Assembly (NCBI RefSeq): GCF_038871235.1
Contig: NZ_JAVZIN010000001.1
Location: 64,001-128,000, forward strand
DNA length: 64,000 nucleotides
Direction of reading: 5' to 3'
From: Candidatus Hadarchaeum sp.
GTDB taxonomy: Archaea > Hadarchaeota > Hadarchaeia > Hadarchaeales > Hadarchaeaceae
The notes beneath the pieces are model-generated. The model was not told the DNA's origin. It searched no databases and was given only the letters and a program-made list of their open reading frames with translations. How positions within the stretch are numbered: the stretch's first letter is position 1; every line of letters begins with the position of its first letter. A program made the translations under genes and the position numbers. Of the stretch, positions 57,326-64,000 are shown one piece after another.

Positions 57326-57898
57326 TCAGTAATTTTCGCTCAGCAGCTCATAGTATGCCTGAGGGTGCTTGCAGGCGGGACAGACTTTTGGTGCCTCCAT
57401 CCCCTCATGGACATAGCCGCAGTTCCGGCACTTCCACTTCACCACTCGGTCCTTTCGAAAAACAGTGTTGTTCTCCAAATTCTCCAGCAGCTTCCGATAT
57501 CTCTTCTCGTGCTGCTCTTCAACCTCAGCTATTTCCCTGAAAGAATCGGCTATCTCGTCAAAGCCCTCTTCCCTAGCCACCTTTTCGAACTCGGGGTAAA
57601 GTGTTCCCCACTCCATCCTCTCCCCTTCGGCAGCGGCCAGCAAGTTCTCCTTGGTGGTCCCGATTTTCCCGGCAGGATAGGCCGCCTCGATAGCGACTTC
57701 CCCTCCCTCCAAGTATTGGAAGAACACTTTGGCGTGCTCCTTCTCATTATCCGCGGTCTCAAGAAATATCGCACCGATCTGCTCATAACCCTCTTTTTTG
57801 GCGACGCTGGCAAAATAGGTATACCTATTTCTGGCCTGGCTCTCACCGGCAAATGCCTTCAGAAGGTTCTTCTCCGTCCGACTACCCTTTAACCTCAT
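57326..57898 (-). CDS. rbr: rubrerythrin
   Basis: AFAGESQA, NEKEHA, EEQHE, CRNCG...CPAC; start taken at MRLKG. Confidence 0.95.
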   Translation of the reverse strand: MRLKGSRTEKNLLKAFAGESQARNRYTYFASVAKKEGYEQIGAIFLETADNEKEHAKVFFQYLEGGEVAIEAAYPAGKIGTTKENLLAAAEGERMEWGTLYPEFEKVAREEGFDEIADSFREIAEVEEQHEKRYRKLLENLENNTVFRKDRVVKWKCRNCGYVHEGMEAPKVCPACKHPQAYYELLSENY

Positions 57899-57981
57899 TA
57901 CATCATCCCCTGATAAACTAAAGCCCCCCTGTTTAAAAATATCTGCAAAATAAAAACCGATTTTCTGAATCAGCAAACCTT

Positions 57982-58788
57982 TTAGAGCTTCGGGATTTCC
58001 GGAGGCCTGAGCTTGTGGAGACTCCTGCGCTCACGTTCGACAATCGACTTCACTTCATCCAGCCTCAGACCAACTGTTTTTGCAATCGCAACTGGCTTAA
58101 GACCCAGATCCAAGCCAGCGAAAATCATGTCAAGATTCTTATAACTTATACCTAACTCGCCCTCATCTGTTTGGCCCGGCCACAGCCCCGCCGTTGGTGT
58201 CTTATCCACTATCTGCTTAGGGATGCCAAGATAACAGGCCAGTTCCCTCACCTGTGTCTTATACAGCGCGCCCAAGGGGGCTAAATCAGATGCACCGTCC
58301 CCGTATTTGGTGAAATATCCCGTCCTAAGCTCGCTCCGGTTACTACATCCCACGACAAGCCTGTTCAACATGTTGGCGTAGTAATAAAGCACGACCATGC
58401 GAACCCTGGGCAGAATGTTGGCGTTTGGCAGTTTGGCCTCGGGTTTAAATTCCAGCTGGCCTCGCAGAGCCTTTACCACCGGAGCGATGTCAATAACCCT
58501 GAAATCTATGCCCAGCTTCTCCGCAACCAGCCGGGCATCGGCTACGTCGCTAGGGTCTGATACCCCAACTTCAGGAAGTGAAATTCCCAACACCTTTTCT
58601 GGACCAAGTGCTCTTACGCAGAGGACTGCCGTAACGGAGGAATCAATTCCGCCGCTGAGGCCTATGACAACACCATCGGCGCCAGACTCACGAACCTTGT
58701 TTTTGATAAAGGTAATCAGCTTTTTTTCCACCGCGACCGGATTAATTTTCAGCACTCTAGCAATCTGTTTCAATTCCTCTTCAGACAT
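57982..58788 (-). CDS. nadE: NH3-dependent NAD+ synthetase
   Basis: SGGIDS, GYFTKYGDG, PTAGLWPGQTDE. Confidence 0.95.
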   Translation of the reverse strand: MSEEELKQIARVLKINPVAVEKKLITFIKNKVRESGADGVVIGLSGGIDSSVTAVLCVRALGPEKVLGISLPEVGVSDPSDVADARLVAEKLGIDFRVIDIAPVVKALRGQLEFKPEAKLPNANILPRVRMVVLYYYANMLNRLVVGCSNRSELRTGYFTKYGDGASDLAPLGALYKTQVRELACYLGIPKQIVDKTPTAGLWPGQTDEGELGISYKNLDMIFAGLDLGLKPVAIAKTVGLRLDEVKSIVERERRSLHKLRPPEIPKL

Positions 58789-58796
58789 GCCATCAC

Positions 58797-59618
58797 CTAG
58801 AATTTTCTGGGATAGGAACCGAGGATCCTCAGCATCGCAGTTTTCCTTTCAACCTCTCTGAGGGCCTCCTTGACCTTTCTGTCCTCGCGGTGCCCCTCCA
58901 AGTCTATGAAGAAGAGGTAATCACCCAAGGCCTTTTTGGAGGGTCGGGATTCTATCTTGGTGAGGTTAATCTTCCTCACCGCGAACTCTCCAAGTATTTC
59001 ATGCAAAATACCTGGCCTATCATCCGCCGTGTAAAAGACGATGGATGTCTTATCTCTGCCGGTTCTGCGGCTGTCCTCCTTGGCGATATGTAAAAAGCGA
59101 GTAATGTTCCTTTCGCCGCTTTGGATGTTGTCCCTCAACACCTGCAAATTATATAATTTCGCCAGCATCCGGGGGCCAATGGCCGCAATGTGTGGCTGTC
59201 CTAGCTTGCTCACCTGCTCCGCTGATCTCGCCGTGCTACCCATCTCCACTATCTCCGCCATGGGTAGATTCTTTCTCAAAAATTCCCGGCACTGGGCGAT
59301 TGCCTGTGGATGTGAGAGGACCTGGGTTATCTTCTCAATCTTGGATCCCTTCACCCCGAGCAGAGCGTGCGTAATTGGGAGGACGATCTCACCCTTTATC
59401 TTAACATCGGCCCAGGTAAGTGCATCAAGCGACTCGCCCACCGATCCTTCCCTCATGCTCTCCACTGGGATAACGCCGGCATCAACCTCGCCTCGAGCGA
59501 CCGCCTCAACAACGTCCGATATCGTTGGATATAGTACTACCTCAGCCCGTCCCTTGAACTGGGACCAAGCGGCGATCTCCGAGTAGGTACCACGGGGGCC
59601 CAGCGCGCCAACCTTCAT
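58797..59618 (-). CDS. pheA: prephenate dehydratase
   Basis: LGPRGTYS, SHPQA, TRF, NLTKIESRP. Confidence 0.94.
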   Translation of the reverse strand: MKVGALGPRGTYSEIAAWSQFKGRAEVVLYPTISDVVEAVARGEVDAGVIPVESMREGSVGESLDALTWADVKIKGEIVLPITHALLGVKGSKIEKITQVLSHPQAIAQCREFLRKNLPMAEIVEMGSTARSAEQVSKLGQPHIAAIGPRMLAKLYNLQVLRDNIQSGERNITRFLHIAKEDSRRTGRDKTSIVFYTADDRPGILHEILGEFAVRKINLTKIESRPSKKALGDYLFFIDLEGHREDRKVKEALREVERKTAMLRILGSYPRKF

Positions 59619-60472
59619 GGTCCTCCTCCCTCAAACCGTCGATACAAATCTGCGTAGGCCCGCTTAACCTCATTCCTTCCGAACAAGGCCACCGCCTTGC
59701 CAACAATGGTTCTGACGGCCTTTAAATCACCCCTAGCCAATAAAGCATTCAAGGAATGAAATGCCTCTATTGCCGATTGTCTCACCAGCTCGGAATATTT
59801 ATTCTGCTGTTGAATTTCCAGATACAGTTCCGGCTTGCCCGCCGAGGCCGCTTTCGCCAGCTCAACCAGCGCCGAGAACATCGGCGTCCGCATTCTTCGG
59901 GATATCTTCCCGCCATTGAGCGCCCTTAACGCTTGGACGTAGGAAAGTAGAATGAAATGGGACAGACATTGGACAACTGCCATGGTTCGGTCGTGAAGTT
60001 CTGCGTCCATCTCAATGACCCGTGCGCCATCACTCCTGAGCAGTTCCTTCAGCTTCCGATAACGTTTTCCTGGCCTGACTGGAATTGCCACCACGTCCTT
60101 GTTTTTCAGGCTTGAGGCCCCCGGTCCGAAGAGCGGGTGAATTGAAACCAGCTCAACGTCTTTTTCTATTCTCTCCATCGTCTTTACCACCTCTAGTTTA
60201 ACCGAGGCCACATCAGCTATCAGCGCGCCGCTCTTGGCTTCCCCTGCTACCTCCAGCAAAACTTTTGGCGTGGCTGAAATAGGAACTGCAATAAATATTA
60301 TGTCAGCCTCAGCCGCGGCATTTCTTGCCAGCGCGGCCTTGACCTTTAACTCCGCGGCCAACTTTCTGGCCTTAAGGCGATTGACATCAGAAACAACAAC
60401 TTCGCCTAAGCGTTTGGAGAACTTTGCCAGCCACTTTCCCATTTCACCAGCACCTATAACTGCCGTCTTCAA
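59615..60472 (-). CDS. tyrA: prephenate dehydrogenase
   Basis: GAGEMG, DVASVK, HPLFGP, HDRTMA.VQ.L.H. Confidence 0.9.
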   Translation of the reverse strand: MKTAVIGAGEMGKWLAKFSKRLGEVVVSDVNRLKARKLAAELKVKAALARNAAAEADIIFIAVPISATPKVLLEVAGEAKSGALIADVASVKLEVVKTMERIEKDVELVSIHPLFGPGASSLKNKDVVAIPVRPGKRYRKLKELLRSDGARVIEMDAELHDRTMAVVQCLSHFILLSYVQALRALNGGKISRRMRTPMFSALVELAKAASAGKPELYLEIQQQNKYSELVRQSAIEAFHSLNALLARGDLKAVRTIVGKAVALFGRNEVKRAYADLYRRFEGGGP

Positions 60473-61323
60473 CCAACCACCTTCCCTATTTCACGTCTAA
60501 CTGCGTCTTCCATAACTTTGATGGGTGCCCTCTTTCCTGTCCAAATCTCGAAGGCCAGAGCCCCCTGTCTCACCAGCATGCCCAAGCCATCAACTGTCAT
60601 GGCCCCTGCTTTCTCCGCCTCCAGCAACAGACGGGTTCGAATGGGCTTGTAAACGATATCATAAACGGTCAGATTCCGGTGCATCATCTCCGCTGTCACC
60701 AGCGTCTCATCTATCCTCGGCCGCATGCCAACCGAAGTGGCATTAATCAGGACCTCCGTGTTCGTGATAAATCTCTTAAGCGTCCTTCGGTCTATGGAGA
60801 TAGTTGGCACCTCTTTTCCCAGCTTCTGCTCAATCAATGAAGCCAGTTCCTTCGCCCGCGACACCGTCCGGTTAGCGATGCTAAGCTCCGCCCCGGCCTT
60901 GAGCAACGAAAAGGCAATGGCCCGCGCGGCACCTCCGGCTCCAAGCAACAGTACCCTCTTGCCTTTCACTTTGCCAACTTTCTCTTCAAGATATCTCAGC
61001 GCACCTTCGCCATCTGTGTTAAAGCCAACCAGCTTGCCGCGGCTGTTTTTTATCGTGTTGACTGCCCCGGCTAAAGCCGCTGATTCATCCAATGCGTCTA
61101 AGAACTTCATCACAGCAATTTTGTGCGGGATGGTGACGTTGAGCCCGGCAATCCCCATTTTCCTAGTTCCGGCAATGGCATCCCCAAGTAAATTTTCTGG
61201 AACTCTAACGGCCACGTAGATATGGTTGAGCCTCAGTTTCTTGAAGGCCGCGTTCATCATCGCCGGGGAAAGGGAGCCCGCCACAGGGTCTCCGATAAGC
61301 ATGAAGACCTTTAGGGATTTCAA
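60469..61323 (-). CDS. aroE: shikimate dehydrogenase
   Basis: SLSP, NVTIPHK, AVNT, NTDG, GAGGAA, DGLGML..Q. Confidence 0.94.
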   Translation of the reverse strand: MKSLKVFMLIGDPVAGSLSPAMMNAAFKKLRLNHIYVAVRVPENLLGDAIAGTRKMGIAGLNVTIPHKIAVMKFLDALDESAALAGAVNTIKNSRGKLVGFNTDGEGALRYLEEKVGKVKGKRVLLLGAGGAARAIAFSLLKAGAELSIANRTVSRAKELASLIEQKLGKEVPTISIDRRTLKRFITNTEVLINATSVGMRPRIDETLVTAEMMHRNLTVYDIVYKPIRTRLLLEAEKAGAMTVDGLGMLVRQGALAFEIWTGKRAPIKVMEDAVRREIGKVVG

Positions 61324-62075
61324 CCTCCGCCCTCCCTCGGCATTAGTTTTTGCAGCAGGAGTTTGGTCTCAGCGACATCAAACTGCCCAGGTGCGGTTGG
61401 TCTGCCGACGCTGGCGTAGGTTAAAGGAGAGCCAAGCATCAGGCTGGCGATTCTGGTTATCCTGCCTGCCTCCCCCATGGCAAAGGCCACCACCGGGACT
61501 GAAATTTCATCCTGAACATCAACGAGGAAATCCAGAACTCTTATCGAATCGGTGGGATCATGGGCCATCGTCACCAACTTAATCACATCTCCACCGGCCT
61601 TGACCATTTTACCCGCCATCCTCTTGAGCGCTTTAATTCCAGGCGTCATTGAAAAATCGTGCCATGACATCAACACCGAAACCCCTTCCTGTCTAGCCGC
61701 TGTCACCACCTTATCCCTGAGGGATTTAGGTGTGGAGAACTCGAGATCCACGCAGGGCACCTGGTTCTCGATGGCCTCCAGAATTATCTCAACCCGTTCC
61801 CCCTCGCTTCCTGAAAAAGCTCCACCCTCTCTCTTCGGCCGATGGGTAAAGATCAGGGGTAAATCATCCTTCAGAATTTTCTGCCAACCTTCCTTATCCC
61901 CAAGGCTGTCCATCCTCAGCTCAACCAGATCGGCACCCCTCTTCAGCGCTAGAGAAATGGCCCGGCTCATCTCACGCACGTTCCTGCCCTCCACGGCGCC
62001 GCAAACTGCAGGAGTTTTGACAACGAGCCTTCCCAGTTTAAGCTCATTCAAAGAGAACACCGACTTATCTCTCAA
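61320..62075 (-). CDS. aroD: type I 3-dehydroquinate dehydratase
   Basis: VELRMD, EGG, SWHDF, AMGE.G..TR, APGQ. Confidence 0.92.
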   Translation of the reverse strand: MRDKSVFSLNELKLGRLVVKTPAVCGAVEGRNVREMSRAISLALKRGADLVELRMDSLGDKEGWQKILKDDLPLIFTHRPKREGGAFSGSEGERVEIILEAIENQVPCVDLEFSTPKSLRDKVVTAARQEGVSVLMSWHDFSMTPGIKALKRMAGKMVKAGGDVIKLVTMAHDPTDSIRVLDFLVDVQDEISVPVVAFAMGEAGRITRIASLMLGSPLTYASVGRPTAPGQFDVAETKLLLQKLMPREGGG

Positions 62076-63186
62076 CTACGGTCTCCTCAACACTGACGCC
62101 GAAGTGTCTCCCCGCCTTCTCCACATGAATGAGAACTTCATCGCCGGGCCTCAGCTTGGCCACGGAAATCGGATTGCCATCCTTGCTGACGAGATTAATC
62201 GTCTCCGCGTTCTGGAGAAGGGTCTTGTAAATCTCGCCCGCGTATTCGACCTCGACCAACAGCAGCGGTCGTCTCTCTATCTTAACCCTGCCTACTGTGG
62301 CCACTCTGGTCTCCCCCCTGAAGTTCACCAAGAGAACCTCGTCACCAGCGCTGAGCTCCGACATGTACTTAGTCTTGCCTCCCGGCAATCTGATATAGGC
62401 ATGGACGGCTCCGGCATTAACCCGAAACGGCCGCGGAGCCACAAATTCGCTGGTTAAGGTCTCCGAATGTACTAAAAACATGCCACTGCTTTGACTACCC
62501 ACCAGCATGCCCTCGCCAATGGTCATTAAAGAAGCAGTATCAATACAAGCCCGGTCGCCCATTCCCACTGGCCTGACCAACCTCACCGTGGCGGGGACGA
62601 GCTCCAGCCTCTCCCGCGAAAGTGACTCCAGCATTTCACCGACCTTGTTAATTTCCTCCGGTCCTCGCTCTCTGGCATCCAGAAGAACGCCCGCAGTTCC
62701 CACCTCCAACGTTTCAACGGCGACCCTGGCCTCGGTGGCGTCTTTTACTCCAGCCAGGACCTTCACGTCCGTCCGCTGCAGCTCTGCGATCATGTTTTCT
62801 AAGGGGATAACCTTCCAGTCGGGTGTGACCGCTATCAGATAATCCACACCTTTTCCAACCTCGACCGCTGCCCTCTCCATTTCCTTGTTTGAAACCTCAA
62901 CGAGAACGGCGACCTTCGCCTGGGCGCGCAGACTTTTTGCATGCCTCAGCACTTCTTCGACCTCACCGCTCTTCGCCAGGTTGAGGACGACAATGCTGAT
63001 TCCAGGAGCAAGTTCCCGGGCGGCCATCAGGATGGTGCCCTGCTTGAGGACTTCGGAAGCCTCCTCAGGCTTTATCAACACAGCGTCGGCTCCTGTTTCT
63101 ATGGCTGCTTTGACAAACGGCTTCTTTGACTCCCAAGCTTCATCCCAGTCCGCCCTGACCCAGAGTAGCCTACGCAAAAGGCTCAC
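62065..63186 (-). CDS. aroB': 3-dehydroquinate synthase II
   Basis: [38 protein letters not shown]. Confidence 0.93.
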   Translation of the reverse strand: MSLLRRLLWVRADWDEAWESKKPFVKAAIETGADAVLIKPEEASEVLKQGTILMAARELAPGISIVVLNLAKSGEVEEVLRHAKSLRAQAKVAVLVEVSNKEMERAAVEVGKGVDYLIAVTPDWKVIPLENMIAELQRTDVKVLAGVKDATEARVAVETLEVGTAGVLLDARERGPEEINKVGEMLESLSRERLELVPATVRLVRPVGMGDRACIDTASLMTIGEGMLVGSQSSGMFLVHSETLTSEFVAPRPFRVNAGAVHAYIRLPGGKTKYMSELSAGDEVLLVNFRGETRVATVGRVKIERRPLLLVEVEYAGEIYKTLLQNAETINLVSKDGNPISVAKLRPGDEVLIHVEKAGRHFGVSVEETVVER

Positions 63187-63983
63187 CGCTTAAGCTCACG
63201 CATCGCCTGCTCGATAGTAGCGCCCTCATGAACTATACGCGCCAGAGCTCTAGTCATCGCGGTCGGGTTCTTGTGCTGGAAAATGTTCCGGCCGATGGAA
63301 ATCCCGATGGCGCCGGCGCTCAGAGCCTCTGATGCTAATTTCAGAACATCCAAATCCGTGTTCATCTTCGGTCCCCCAGCGATCACAATTGGCACTGGAC
63401 ATCCTTTCACCACCTTACTAAAGGACTTGACATCACCGGTGTAAACGGTCTTCACGATATCAGCGCCAAGCTCAGCGCCTACGCGGGCAGCATGGGCTAC
63501 CAGTGTCGGATCATGTTGGTCCTTGACCTTAGGTCCCCGGGGATACATCATCGCAAATAATGGCATGCCCCAAGTGTCGCAGGACTCAGCCACCTCGCCC
63601 AAGTGCTGCAGCTGTTCCTCCTCATTGGGCGCACCGACGTTAATGTGAACCGAAACTCCATCGGCACCCAGAGCGATCGCCTCCTCCACACTAGCAACCG
63701 GCACCTTGCAGTTAGGGTCGGGCCCAATCGAGGTGCTACCGGAGAGATGGATAATCAGCCCCAGATCTCTTCCGTAACCTCGATGACCAGCACGAACGAT
63801 TCCCTTGTGTAGCACCACGGCATTAGCGCCGCCATCGGCCACCTTGTTCACGATGGCTGCCATGTTTTCCAAGCCTGAGATGGGACCCATTGACAGCCCG
63901 TGGTCCATCGGGACGATTACCGTCCGTTTGGTCTTGCGGTCAATTATCCGCTCTAGCCTAATGCGCTTACCGGCTTCGGACAA
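63183..63983 (-). CDS. aroA': 2-amino-3,7-dideoxy-D-threo-hept-6-ulosonate synthase
   Basis: [31 protein letters not shown]; upstream of aroB'. Confidence 0.9.
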   Translation of the reverse strand: MSEAGKRIRLERIIDRKTKRTVIVPMDHGLSMGPISGLENMAAIVNKVADGGANAVVLHKGIVRAGHRGYGRDLGLIIHLSGSTSIGPDPNCKVPVASVEEAIALGADGVSVHINVGAPNEEEQLQHLGEVAESCDTWGMPLFAMMYPRGPKVKDQHDPTLVAHAARVGAELGADIVKTVYTGDVKSFSKVVKGCPVPIVIAGGPKMNTDLDVLKLASEALSAGAIGISIGRNIFQHKNPTAMTRALARIVHEGATIEQAMRELKR

Positions 63984-64000
63984 CCTTTACACCTCCTTTT

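Noticed and set aside
61552-62457. Long antisense ORFs (e.g. 301 aa here, 52129-52872, 27621-28313, 35190-35852, 13027-13698)
   Set aside because: Shadows of well-supported opposite-strand genes, with no recognisable motifs.
1-64000. CRISPR arrays, IS elements, integrases, 16S/23S rRNA, split or permuted tRNA halves
   Set aside because: No regularly spaced repeats or transposase/integrase motifs were seen, and all tRNA exons are colinear in cis. This was a manual scan only.

Overview
Archaeal chromosomal window, probably from a thermophilic anaerobe. It encodes BpsA branched-chain polyamine synthase, form III RuBisCO, GTP-PEPCK, aroA'/aroB', Hel308, Rpo3/Rpo10 and rubrerythrin. A Hadarchaeia-like lineage is my guess only. 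About 68 CDS, mostly housekeeping or metabolic (NAD, aromatic amino acid, folate/CoA and purine synthesis, ribosomal proteins, ABC transporters), plus one 5S rRNA and eight CCA-encoding tRNA genes, all RNA genes on the minus strand. I saw no CRISPR array, integrase or transposase. The main signal is in the tRNAs. Five of the eight are interrupted by nine introns in total, six at non-canonical positions, each reconstructable by hand as a bulge-helix-bulge (BHB) motif: Leu 21/22; Asp 68/69; Tyr 37/38 + 43/44 + 59/60; Ile2 30/31 + 37/38; Asn 8/9 + 37/38. In the two genes whose BHB must use an acceptor-stem strand (Asn 8/9, Asp 68/69), the flanking DNA carries an extra copy of exactly that strand. 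This suggests a surrogate-strand folding mechanism for splicing acceptor-stem introns. All tRNA structures were derived manually and protein calls come from recalled motifs; no database searches were run.
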